Assembly (NCBI GenBank): GCA_973895155.1
Contig: OZ316899.1
Span: forward strand, 3,431,455-3,495,454
Source: Marsupella aquatica
Lineage: Eukaryota > Plantae > Marchantiophyta
Reading direction: 5' to 3'
DNA: 64,000 bases
Below, in pieces: positions 19,956 to 31,496 of this stretch; position 1 is the first letter of the stretch; every line of letters begins with the position of its first letter. A model generated the notes under the pieces. It was not told the DNA's origin. It ran no database searches and saw nothing but the letters and a program-made list of their open reading frames with translations. The translations under genes and the position numbers were made by a program.

Positions 19956-21674
19956 CCGCCCCAAAAAATGGGACTTGGGGTCTTACCCTAAAAATAAAAA
20001 AGCACCGCTTATCCTGCCCTGATTACTTAGGCAAAGCACCCCGGGGGTATTCTATGCTACAAAACAGTCTTCAGTCACTAAACAGTGCTTACACTATACG
20101 AAGATCCTAAATGCTTTGGCTGCTTTACGAACCATGCTCTGGCAGAGCTACGCACAACACTCTGCAACCTAAAGGGAATCGTGGCTCCATACTGAGCACT
20201 ACTCGTGGGAGGGGACAACAGCATTTGTGCAAGCTCTGACCTGTATACCATGGGCAACAAAAACAAAAAGGTGATATGACTTGAGGCATAAGATGGTCAT
20301 TTTTTCGTTCATCTTACAACTTGATTTCTTATGGTAATCGTTTAGAATATGGCCAATGCCTAAAAATGGTGATGTGACTCTTTTTTTCCTAGACCATGTC
20401 TCCCCGTAGCCGTCTGGACAATGCTACAGAAACATGGAACATGAAATCACGACATTTACGTCTAATTTCTGCCCGGTGATGGGGGCTGAATGAAGGCACC
20501 GGGTATGTGGATCATCTCGGTCACATGATCCCTAGGGAAAAAGTATGGCCTATGCTCTGTGTCTATGACCTGACATTTGAGTAAGCTGTCCGTCGCACTG
20601 CAATCTCAATACAGTTGATTGCAATAGGATATCGTCTTATAGTTAGGCGCAGTTCAAACTAACCCTCTGTCGCTGAAGACATCGACACTATTTTTCTTTA
20701 ATGGTGCTATGCAAAATCTATTGTCTTATGCACATAAAGTTATATGCGCTAACAAGAAACTTACGGAGCAACCGTCTCCATAAGTGTATGGGTTGTATTT
20801 ATGGATCTATGATATAGATATATTTATTTATAAGGATATTTACATTGGTAACAATCGGACCCAATATTTACCAGGGTGTGATGGTATGTGTATACATATG
20901 TTTTTAGATCTGTGTGTGTGTGTGTATCTCGAGAGTAACATGGAAGACGAATGATTGCAACCATCACAAAAAGAAATGGGATGCAAATATAAGCCTGGAC
21001 AAGTTCCCATGGAGGACATAACCCCCGTAACACTCCAAACCATACACAACAATATTGGTTTATATAAAGTAACCTAGACTATCGGAGTAGAACCCACAAA
21101 CCTAGACGCCCATGTTTGGCAATGGTAAAATACCCTAATAACGCCGCCAAAACTACGGCATGGCCATTCTTACTACTCTGGATTGTGCTACTTGTCTCCT
21201 AATTCCCATTTTATATTGAGCAAGTTACCACACACAAAAGATTTGACAGTGCATACACACTGAAACAAGCTCGTGCCAGCTCTGGCAAGGATCAATTTCA
21301 GCCTACGGCAACTCGTGGGGGCAACCTATACACAGATTGTGAGGGAGAAAAGTTGTTGGTTGTGCAAGAATCACTGGAATCCAATGGGTGATAAAAATAA
21401 ACAAGTATATTACATGACTCCGCATGATAAAACAGTCATATCCATTGCTTTCAAACTTTTTTAGCATTGCTTATAATATAATCGCTCCAGTAAATTGGAT
21501 GCTTAGGATGAAGTGACTAATCTATCCCTAGCCCATGTCTCCCCGTAGCTATCCAAACGTGTGATGCCTAGACAGGAATCACTTGGCCAGTTAAGTGGGT
21601 AAAGCAGGAAGGCACCCTGGGAACACCTTAGTATAGGGACAAAACAAGGAAAATATAAACAATTAGGGGCAACC

Positions 21675-24269
21675 ATGGAACCCGGGCCGAGGCCGGAGGT
21701 AAGGACGCTGAGGGTGAAAACTCGATTAGGGTTAGGGCACGTTAAGCGTCGGCGGCTAGGAAGGATCAATGGGAAGAAGGACCGGCAGAGGAGAGGGGTA
21801 AGGAGCGCTTGCAGGAGATGGTGGCTCATTTGCGAGCACGAACTAGGCAGACGACTACGGGAGGCCAACTACTGTCAGCTGCTTAGGCAAGCACTCGGGG
21901 AGAGAGTAGATACCGACGATCGACCTAAGGAGGGTATGAGCAACGTCAATCAAGCGGCACATTTCTGGGGATGCCTGTTCGAACGGGCAACTGAGTACAT
22001 CAAGACTTACCAGGACGAGGAATCAGAAAGGGCAGCTCGAGAACGGCAGGAGCTCGCTCGATTGTGGGAGCTGCAGAAGACGGCTTTCTTAGGAGGCGAA
22101 CTCATCAAGGACGAGTTCCTGTGGACGCCTACTTCCAATCAACTCGACGATCTTCTGTTTTGCAAAGACAGCGTCGTCGGCATCCGAGAGGCCATCAAGA
22201 ACTGCAATGACATACACTGGGAATTAAAGGGTAGCACGGAAAGGTGGACCCAGGCAACGGTGCTAGGAGAAACCTCCACGGCAGCAGAGATGAAGAGGAA
22301 GGGAGCCGTCAACGATGAAGCCACCCCGGCAAAAAGAACGAGGTCGGCGGCACCAAAGAAGCCAACCGGGCAGCAGAGCAGGAGGCAGGGAGAAGCCGAA
22401 GAGGAGGAGGTCGATCCCATCAAGGCCATTCCAACCAGGGATGACACCTGGAAGGGCTGGGCGGCAACCCTACCGGTGGAGGTGCAACTACATTTTGCAC
22501 GGGAGGAGGATGCATGCTTTATGGCCATGGAGACCAAGAAGTACCAAGGCTTCATCGCCGGATCCGGCTTAGAGGCCTTTGTAAGATTACCATGGCTGAA
22601 GCCGGAGGTACCGGAGTCAGACCTATTAGAATTCGTGGGGTCATGGGAACCCGAGACCAATTGCACGAGGATATATGGGAAGGATTTCTATCTTACTCCC
22701 AAGGTAATTGCCGAAGTGTTTGGCTTGCCGATAGGCAATAAGACCAAAGTTGATACCAGGAAGACCTTGCCTGACAAGGAGTTCCGGTCGTTCCCCGGGC
22801 CATCAACGAAGAATGGCTTCTTCCGGAACACCTGCACCAACCCGCACATAGGAGAGATGATCGACTTCTTGCGGGTGACCATGCATTGTAACTTGCCGAG
22901 GGCAGAGATCGGCAAGGCACAGGTCTATCCGGCAGAAAGGCCAGACCCAAGCCGGGACTACAACGGGTACCTCCTCAACCAATTGAAGAAGATCTTAAAG
23001 GAGGAGCAGCAGGTAATCGGCATGGGGAGCGTGTCGCGGCTTGGTTATCACATGCCGCTGTTGTGCCGGTATGCCAGAGGTCAGACTTTTGCCCCAGTAC
23101 TTCCCCTGCAGGTAAGGGCACCCGAGGAAGCTCCAACGCCGAGGCCGTTGGCTAAGAAGCCTCAACCACCTGTTAGCCCTACGATCGAGCAGGTGTTTAG
23201 GCCCAGGAAGGAGGACTTGCCGATGCAGCAACCAGGCATGCAGAGTCTGCTGAAACTACTCGAGAAAGAAAAGAGATCGGCATCGGCAACAACAACGGCA
23301 ACGGCAACAATGCAGGACACTACTACAGAGGTAGGCCTACATCGGCTCACAAGAGAAAACCCCTTTGCTGGAGACAAGGAGAGAATCAGGCCGGAATCCA
23401 AGCCAGGTGTTCGAATGTATGTGGGAATCTCAAGCTCCCAATCTGAGGCAGAATTGCCTGAAGCTCCTACCGACGAAGAGGAGAGGGAGAAGCCGGACGT
23501 CCAAGAAGTAGAGGAGGCAGTGGAGGACTGCAGCCATGATAATTCCGGCTATGGGTCGGACCATCACGTTCCAGGAGTAAGGACCTGTGGCCGGTTTGTC
23601 CCCACACTTCCAAGGGTAGTGCGAGGGGACCCCAACCAGCAGAGTAGCCCTGAGTCTCCCCCACCAGATGTTGCTCCCCCGAGCTTTGACGGCATAAAAC
23701 AGACGGTGCAGGAATTTCAGGAGCGAATCAGGCAGGAAGAGGAGGCAGCCCTGGCTAGGGAAAAGGATTTACCAGGAGGAGATTGGCCGGAGGACATCAG
23801 GCGGCTAGCCGAAAAAGGAAGCAAACCTCTAGCCACGATTGAAGAGATCCGCAAGACGGCTTGGGAGCAGAGGCCGCGATGGGCGATGCCGATCACTTCT
23901 ACTTACTCCACCTACGCTAAGAATAGAGCCATGGAGTATGGTGAGATGTGTGGGGAACTTGCGCTCGGCATCTTTGGAGAGGAGTTGGAGGTAGGACCCT
24001 TTTTCCATAGGGAGCAGTTGGAGAAGCACCAATTAGAAGAAGCGGTGGCTTTAGAGAGAAGCAAGAAGGACGAGGTCATTCGGCGGCTTAGGAGGATGGA
24101 AGCCGAGATTGAAGATCTAAGGGCGGCCAAGAAAGCCCAAGATGAACTGCGGATTAAACGGCATGAGCTAAACATCATGCAGGGGCAGTTGGACACCGCG
24201 CAGGCTGATAATCAGAATATCAAGGATAAACTGACTCAGACGCAGGGAGAGTTTAGGGTTAAACCCTAA
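21675..24269 (+). CDS. LTR-encoded ORF truncated to 864 aa
   Basis: Translation identical to 5434-8028. Confidence 0.85.
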   Translation: MEPGPRPEVRTLRVKTRLGLGHVKRRRLGRINGKKDRQRRGVRSACRRWWLICEHELGRRLREANYCQLLRQALGERVDTDDRPKEGMSNVNQAAHFWGCLFERATEYIKTYQDEESERAARERQELARLWELQKTAFLGGELIKDEFLWTPTSNQLDDLLFCKDSVVGIREAIKNCNDIHWELKGSTERWTQATVLGETSTAAEMKRKGAVNDEATPAKRTRSAAPKKPTGQQSRRQGEAEEEEVDPIKAIPTRDDTWKGWAATLPVEVQLHFAREEDACFMAMETKKYQGFIAGSGLEAFVRLPWLKPEVPESDLLEFVGSWEPETNCTRIYGKDFYLTPKVIAEVFGLPIGNKTKVDTRKTLPDKEFRSFPGPSTKNGFFRNTCTNPHIGEMIDFLRVTMHCNLPRAEIGKAQVYPAERPDPSRDYNGYLLNQLKKILKEEQQVIGMGSVSRLGYHMPLLCRYARGQTFAPVLPLQVRAPEEAPTPRPLAKKPQPPVSPTIEQVFRPRKEDLPMQQPGMQSLLKLLEKEKRSASATTTATATMQDTTTEVGLHRLTRENPFAGDKERIRPESKPGVRMYVGISSSQSEAELPEAPTDEEEREKPDVQEVEEAVEDCSHDNSGYGSDHHVPGVRTCGRFVPTLPRVVRGDPNQQSSPESPPPDVAPPSFDGIKQTVQEFQERIRQEEEAALAREKDLPGGDWPEDIRRLAEKGSKPLATIEEIRKTAWEQRPRWAMPITSTYSTYAKNRAMEYGEMCGELALGIFGEELEVGPFFHREQLEKHQLEEAVALERSKKDEVIRRLRRMEAEIEDLRAAKKAQDELRIKRHELNIMQGQLDTAQADNQNIKDKLTQTQGEFRVKP

Positions 24270-24284
24270 ACCCTAAACCCTAAA
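24252..24284. repeat. Head-to-head telomere-repeat scar (duplicate)
   Basis: Same sequence as 8011-8043. Confidence 0.9.
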
Positions 24285-25265
24285 CCTACGGCAGTGGCTG
24301 AGGAGGAAGCGTTGGGGGCGTCCATTAAGGATCCACCACCGGTGTCGTGATGGTGCAAGGGCGCCGTTCCTTTTAGGGAGGGTGGATGTGGAGGGAGGAG
24401 GCGTGAGTGGGCAGGGCGGGCGCTGATCTCCAAGTTTAGGATTAGGATCAGGACCAGGAGCGGCCCTGACACTTAGCTTAGTGGGATTGCGGTTCCACTG
24501 GTAGGAGCAACACTTGTGCTCCTGCCTTGCTGTACATAGGTAGATTCGGGCAAGTAGATTACTGTTAGGTAGATTAGGCTTACGATGCAAAGAATGGCGG
24601 ATCCACTACCAGGATAAGTACCTAGGCAGCGAGGAGCTCAGGGCCTCTTCTTTAGCAAGTTTTTAGTTTGCACCAGCCGGGCTGGGATCAAGTAGTACGA
24701 GAAGCTCTCAGTTAGTCATACAATGACCCTTGTGTATATTCATGTTTCCTCATGCCTAAGAGCTGAATAGAGTTGGCCTCACGGCTTAGTTCGCAGAGCT
24801 TGTGTATGAGATGTACTGTTTGTATGGCAAGTGCATGGTATGACTCAATCAGAATGAGTCATTTTGCTATTTGTGTGTCGCATTAACTTGTGTGAAGAGT
24901 GCCCACATCAACCAGAAGGAAGGAAAGTAAGCAGGGGAGTGAGAGTTGGATGTGTCGAGCTGAGAGAGGTCTTAGCGGCTTAACCAAGCCTATTGGGGAT
25001 CATTCCGGCGGCGGAATCCAAACATACCTAACAAGACAGAGGGGAAGACAGGGGAAGGCCTAGATTAGGCCGGCTACGTATCTCATGACCCGATGAAGGA
25101 TCTGTCCAGTATATGTGTGTAAAATGTTAATAGTAGTAGTAGAAGGTTAGCAGCGTCCCATGCCGCTAAGCCGCGGAAACAGCCTCGCCAAGCGCGAAAC
25201 CCGCGGGAATCGGCTTGAGCTGGGGGTTTCTTGGGTTTAGGGAGCCATGGGATGCACCACATTTT

Positions 25266-25283
25266 TGGCGCTAGATGGAGGGG
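25266..25283 (+). promoter_or_regulatory. Primer-binding site
   Basis: TGGCGCTAGATGGAGGGG after the LTR and TTTT. Confidence 0.8.
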
Positions 25284-25329
25284 CATTTCTTAAGCCGTGA
25301 GATATGAAGTTAGAACGGAAGAGTAGGTA

Positions 25330-28323
25330 ATGACTGACCTTACGCCGAGGGAAGAAAGAGTGATTCAACGGGAGAGAGCTCGACTGCAGCAGCTCGCCGG
25401 GTGGCATGATACACAGCGATTGAGAGGGGCAGAAAGAGCTGGTAGCTCCGAAACTGGAAGTGGCGTCGAAGAAGACATACCAGAAGAAGAGTTGGTAAGG
25501 AGAAGTGAGTCTCCAACCGACATGGGGGAACCAGAGGCACAGCCAGACGAGAGGCCAGGGACCAGACTGAGCCAGCGGTCACGCATACATTACAAGGCAT
25601 TTCATGGGAGAGGAGATGAGGATCCAGACGAATGGTTGGATGATTTCGAGGGAACCGCTGCAGCAAATGGAGAATCGGCCATCAAGATGCAGATTCTTCC
25701 CGACCTGTTCAAGGGTGAGGCTAGGCCTTGGTACAGAGCATTAGATGTGGAAGATCAAGCCATCTGGGATATCTTCAAAACACTCTTTCTTAAGGAGTTT
25801 CGACCCATTGGAACTTCAGAACTAGCAGTGCTGAAGTTGGGACAACTTCGGTTCAAGGAGAACAAATCCTTCAGGAAGTTCTTGCAACGCTTTCAGAAAC
25901 TGGTAAGACGTACAAAGACCAATGCATCTGAAGGTATGCAACTTCAATGGTTGGTGAATGCTTTGCCACAGAAGATGAGTTTTGCAATTAGGAAGGAGAA
26001 CCCAGAGACTTTAGCCGAAGCAATTAAGGATATTCAATTATACATTAATGCAGATATCACAAGCCGGAAGAAACAGCTTAAGTCTGAGAGTTCCTCATCA
26101 GAAGAGGGATCACCCCATAAGAAAAAAGATAAGAAGAAGAAACATTCTAAGAAGTCTAGAAGTGATAACTCAAGCTCGGATAGTGGAAGTAGCAAGAGTG
26201 AGTCATCTTCTAGATCTGAAGAAGAAAAAACTACCAAAAGGAAGGGCAGAAGGAGAGGGAAGACGAAAGTCAAGCTGGAGGCTAAGCCACCAGATAACAT
26301 CGTAGCCCTTACCGAGCAACTTAAGGCTATCATTGCAGAGGTAAAACCGAAGAAGAAGGTAGTACAGGAGGATAGCTCTGTATGGTGTGCCTTATGTTAT
26401 AAAACCGGACACCATAAAGATGCGTGTCCTAAGCTTAATACTAATCATGTTCAACATGTGGCCGAGATCAGACCATGTCAGGGAGAAGTAGAGTACTTTT
26501 TAGGAGATGCCGCTGATAGTGTTTTCGGCATCAGTGAGACTGGAGCACCAGACCTATCCAACCGACCTGCATCTCTATGGTCAGGGTTAAGGAACAATCC
26601 AGGAGAGATATATCCTCGGATTATTCAGAACCCGTCAGTACCTCCTAGGCCAAATGTGCAAAGATTTGCGGCATGCTATAATTGTGGTCAACCTGGCCAT
26701 TTCGCTAGAGAATGCCCGAATGCACGCAAACAGGGTGATGGACAACCAGCTCAGCTATGTATGGGATGCCGACAGGAAGGTCATATGCTAGGGCAATGTC
26801 CTACTTGGTTGGCAGGCCTGGCCACAAATCATAAACTTTTGCCGGTCAAGATCTTACCGCCAGGTACTACCCCCGGAGGAGTTCAAATCAACCACATTGA
26901 ACTAGGATGGCAAGAGGATGCCAAGGCAGAGTTTGTACCATCTGATGATGAGGCCGAAGCCCTATCAACCTTCTCAGAAGAGGATTTAGATCATGATTGC
27001 TACCGGGTCTCTACTCGATCTACCAGAAGGAAGGAAAGGTGGGATGGGCTGGCCAAAAATAAAGGGAAGGTTACGGAGGAAAAGATCGACTCTTCGTCAA
27101 CATCAACGGAAGGAGAAGGGAGGGCTCCGGCAATACAGGTAAGCCATGAGCCCACCAGTGAACCCAATCCTTCACAAGATAGCGACTTCAATCGAGATCA
27201 TCCTAAGTTGTTCTACCCCTCTGTTACGGCTAGTGTTAAGGAACAACTAAGAGAATTAGAAACCCTGGAGAATACCGAAGCCATTGCCAAGGATGTAAAA
27301 CGAGCAAAAGCATTGTTTGCTTCGGAGGACCCAATAGCTGTGGAGACTAGCGTGGCAAAACTGGCCGAATCCAAGATGGAGACACCACCAGAGGAGAAGC
27401 CAATTGTTCCCTATGACCTGGCTAAAGATGTACTAGAATCTAGAGTCTCGGCAACAGTAGGTCAACTATTGAAAAATAGCCCGTACTTCCGGAAGCAATT
27501 AAGGAAGGCTATTCTCGGCAAGCCGAGATTACCCAAGGTAGCAACCAGATCCGACGTACTAATGATAGAAGAAGATCAAGGAGCCCCAGCATTACCATTA
27601 ATGATTCAAGGAGAATTATTACTACGGGTACCCATCGATGGAGGATCAGGGGTATGTATTATGATTGATTCAACAGCAAAAGGGTGGGGTCTAACACCGG
27701 AGATGACTGGAAGAGTGTTGAACATGGCCAATGGATATCAGGTCATTCCCACGGGAGTGTTAACCGGCATCAAGACAGAGATAGGAGGTATCTTCTTTAG
27801 CATTAACTATGTAGTAATGAAGCCGGTAAATCCTACGTCATTCCGGCTATTGATTGGTAGGCCATGGCTGTACCTAGCCGAGGTAATAGAAGATTGGGGT
27901 AAAAAGCAGTTCACTTTCGGGACCCCCTCTATCACGGTATCTTGGGACACTAAGGATGACCGTAGGAAAAGCATAAGGGAAGCAGATGGGTACAACAGTG
28001 GACTGGAGTCAGCCGATGAAGTACGTTGGTTAGAATGCCTCACTGACCTAACCGAAGAAAGTGTCTTTGGACCAGAGGTACCCCCCAGCGGATTATGGCA
28101 AGAACCAATGGAAGGTGACTTGGAAGAAGAAGACGAAGAGGTCGAGGACTGCTTTACAATAGAATCCACCTTTTTAGCTGCAATTCCGGAGGAAGTAAAG
28201 GATGTAGACCAATTGGATGAAACGGCTAAGTGGGGAGCAGTAGCAGGGATAGTGGATTTTCTGCAGGCGTTGTGGCAGAGCCGGCAGGGTTCACAACGCC
28301 ATCGATCATCGGCAAGGAATTAA
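25330..28323 (+). CDS. gag: Gag-protease polyprotein (997 aa), copy 2
   Basis: Differs from copy 1 at four residues that I could see; frameshift signal at 28254-28300. Confidence 0.93.
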   Translation: MTDLTPREERVIQRERARLQQLAGWHDTQRLRGAERAGSSETGSGVEEDIPEEELVRRSESPTDMGEPEAQPDERPGTRLSQRSRIHYKAFHGRGDEDPDEWLDDFEGTAAANGESAIKMQILPDLFKGEARPWYRALDVEDQAIWDIFKTLFLKEFRPIGTSELAVLKLGQLRFKENKSFRKFLQRFQKLVRRTKTNASEGMQLQWLVNALPQKMSFAIRKENPETLAEAIKDIQLYINADITSRKKQLKSESSSSEEGSPHKKKDKKKKHSKKSRSDNSSSDSGSSKSESSSRSEEEKTTKRKGRRRGKTKVKLEAKPPDNIVALTEQLKAIIAEVKPKKKVVQEDSSVWCALCYKTGHHKDACPKLNTNHVQHVAEIRPCQGEVEYFLGDAADSVFGISETGAPDLSNRPASLWSGLRNNPGEIYPRIIQNPSVPPRPNVQRFAACYNCGQPGHFARECPNARKQGDGQPAQLCMGCRQEGHMLGQCPTWLAGLATNHKLLPVKILPPGTTPGGVQINHIELGWQEDAKAEFVPSDDEAEALSTFSEEDLDHDCYRVSTRSTRRKERWDGLAKNKGKVTEEKIDSSSTSTEGEGRAPAIQVSHEPTSEPNPSQDSDFNRDHPKLFYPSVTASVKEQLRELETLENTEAIAKDVKRAKALFASEDPIAVETSVAKLAESKMETPPEEKPIVPYDLAKDVLESRVSATVGQLLKNSPYFRKQLRKAILGKPRLPKVATRSDVLMIEEDQGAPALPLMIQGELLLRVPIDGGSGVCIMIDSTAKGWGLTPEMTGRVLNMANGYQVIPTGVLTGIKTEIGGIFFSINYVVMKPVNPTSFRLLIGRPWLYLAEVIEDWGKKQFTFGTPSITVSWDTKDDRRKSIREADGYNSGLESADEVRWLECLTDLTEESVFGPEVPPSGLWQEPMEGDLEEEDEEVEDCFTIESTFLAAIPEEVKDVDQLDETAKWGAVAGIVDFLQALWQSRQGSQRHRSSARN

Positions 28324-31300
28324 ATACCAAGGGATCGGCATACAAGCCGATTATGAGGGCAGAACAAATTGAGGCCCTATTAGAAGCCGGGAGAGCACAG
28401 CGGCCTGACTCTCAGGAGCAAGAGGTGGATGAGATGGACAGACACAATCCAGAGCCAAGGCAGGAAGGGGAGCCGACCACCAATTCAAAACCGGATAGAC
28501 CGGCAAGGGGACAATCTATGGACACCAAGGAAGGGACCGACTCAGCTAGTCCAGCCGAGATTCCAGTTTATGGAGGTATGAGATTGGAGAGACTGGAAGC
28601 CGAACTGGACCCGAATTTGAAGAAGCAGATTAATATGATCCAAGCACGGCAATATCGGAAGCTCGACTTAGGAGAGGGAAGAGAACTGAACTTAGGGAGA
28701 AACCTAGCACCTGAGCTCGAGAAAGAGATCAGTGACTTATTGATTGAATTTCAGGATGTGTTTGCATGGAGTCACCAAGATCTAAAGGGAGTAGATCCAA
28801 CACTAGGGGAACATCGAATTGATCTCATGTTAGGAGCCAAATCATTTCGACAACCAATTCGAAGGATGAACCCGAAGTATTCCCTGCTGGTCAAAACGGA
28901 AATCGACAAACTAGTGGAAGCTGGATTCATCACTCCAGTCCTGCATTCAGACTGGGTGTCTCCAATTGTGATAGTTCCCAAGAAAGCTGGACCCGATGGT
29001 AAACCCAAGATCCGGGTTTGTCAAGATTACAGGAAACTGAATGAAGCAACATTAAAAGACCATTTTCCTTTACCGTTTACTGATATGGTACTAGACATGG
29101 TAGCCAGTCATGAACTATATTCATTCATGGATGGGTACTCTGGTTATAACCAAATCAGGATTCGGCAGGAAGACCAAATCAAGACGGCCTTCATCACGGA
29201 ATGGGGGATCTATGTCTTCAATCGTATGCCGTTTGGACTCTGCAACGCACCAGCTATGTTTCAATGATTAATGGTGAACATTTTTCATGATTACTTGAGA
29301 AAGTTCATGGAAATCTTCATTGATGACTTTGCAGTATTCGGGAAGGCATCAAAACATGCTAAATACCTCAGGAAAACCTTCATGAGATGTAGAGAGGTGG
29401 GTCTCAAGTTACACCCAGATAAATGTTTCTTTGCAGTAACCGAGGGGGTGCTACTAGGTCACAAGGTATCAAGGAAGGGCATTGAGATTGACAAAGGTAA
29501 GCTAGCAGTATGGCTAGATATCATGCAACCTAAGAACATAAAGGATGTAAGATCCTTCTTGGGATGCATTGGTTACTATCGCCGGTTCATCAAGGATTTT
29601 GCCAAGCTAGCTTTACCATTAACCAACATGCTCAAGGCAGGAGCAGACTTCGAACCCACACCCGAATGAGTCACAGCGGTGGTAGAATTGAAGCAGATGT
29701 TAGTAGAGGCCACAGTCATGATAGCACCGGACTGGAACAAAGATTTTCATGTTTTTGTAGATGTCTCGGGCTTCTGTATCGGCTCAGTACTAAGTCAGTT
29801 GGATGAGAAAGGAAGGGACCATCCCATATACTTCGCAAGCCGTCAGCTTGCCGATGCCGAACGGAACTACTCCACCACAGAGAGAGAAGCATTAGGAGTC
29901 ATTTATTCTTGTAAAAAGTTTAGACATTATTTACTAGGGTACAAGGTAATCTTTCATACCGATCATGAAAGTTTGAAGTACCTAGTCAATAAGCCGGACC
30001 TTACAGGCAGAGTAGCAAGATGGATTTTGCTATTACAGGAGTTTGACTATGAGCTGAGGATCAAGCCGGGAAAGTTACACGCCAATGCCGACTTCTTTTC
30101 AAGGATCACAGGTGAACCTGCCACGGATTGCATCGATGATCGATTCCCCGACGAGGAGCTATTCGTTGTGGAAATAGCTGATACATGGTACCCTGAGATT
30201 TTACAATTTCTCAGCACTTCCAGATTACAGCCAGGATTAAGCCGAGAGCAAGCCGCGGTCTTTGTGCGGAAGGTCAGACAGTATCAGTGCATTAAAGGCA
30301 TACTGCACAAGCATGGAATCAACGACATGATTCAAAGGTGTTTGGAAATGGGAGAGGTAAAACGAGTCCTACGGGCCATGCATGGAGAGGAGGCCGGAGG
30401 ACATTTTGCCCCAGTAACCACGTCTAAGAAGATATTAAATGCCGGTTACTGGTGGCCCACCTTGCACAAGGATGTCTATCAGTTTATCAAACAATGCGAT
30501 CCTTGTCAACGAGCGGGAGGACCAAGGGCGTCCACCAGACATCCACTGCACTCTATTCTACCTCTGGCACCATTCGAGAAGTGGGGTATTGATTACATTG
30601 GACCTCTGAAACCACTGACCCACACTCGACGGAACAAGTACATAATCCTGGCTATGGATTATGCAACTAAATGGGTAGAGGCCAGACCAACAACAAAGGA
30701 TGATGCAATTACTACGGCTAGATTCATGTATGAGCAGATCTTCACCAGGTATGGAGCACCCCTAGAATTAGTTAGTGATAGAGGAACCCATTTTTTGAAT
30801 GATATAATTAGTCGTTTAAATGAGCAGTATTTAGTTAAACATAGGCCTACTACTCCCTACCATCCAAAGGCAAATGGGTTGACAGAACGAGCAAACGGAA
30901 TTATAGGAAAGATATTGAACAAGACAGTAGCTCAGAACAAACTCGATTGGGATGATAAATTGTTTGCTGCTGTTTTTGCTTACAATCTTGCCTATAAATC
31001 CACTACCGGTCATACACCCTTCTTCTTAACCTTTGGACAAGAAGCCCTGGTACCCATGCAACTTGAGATACCGACATTTCAAGTTACAATTGAGGAAAGA
31101 GCCTCAGCGGAGGAGAGCCTAAAGGAGCGAGAATATAGGTTAGAAGCTTTAGAGGAGGCGAGAATGATTTCAGCCGAGAGAGTAGAATATAGACAGAATA
31201 TCATGAAGCAGTAGTATGATAAAAAGTTGAAAGTAGTTAGTATTCACACCGGTGATCTTGTGCTACTTTATGACAGTAGGTATAGTAGGTTTCCAGGAAA

Positions 31301-31496
31301 GCTTTACACTCGCTGGTTAGGACCCTTTAGAGTAACCATGATGTTCCCCAATGGCTCCGTACAATTGGCCAACATTACGGGAGAGGTATATCCAGTTCGC
31401 ATCCATTATGACCGCCTCAAGAAATACTATATGGACGAAGATAAAGTTGTTCGCGAGGACGCTTCACAATTAAGTGGGGAGCTATGTGATGCCTAG
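28254..31496 (+). pseudogene. pol: pol of A copy 2 with stops at 29265, 29667 and 31212
   Basis: Same domains as copy 1; two CGA>TGA and one CAG>TAG changes. Confidence 0.93.
31472..31484 (+). promoter_or_regulatory. Polypurine tract
   Basis: AAGTGGGGAGCTA before the LTR start at 31485. Confidence 0.85.

Larger units (their letters stand above)
21560..25261 (+). repeat. 5' LTR of A copy 2 (3702 bp, deleted variant)
   Basis: Duplicate of 5319-9020; followed by the PBS at 25266-25283. Confidence 0.93.
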
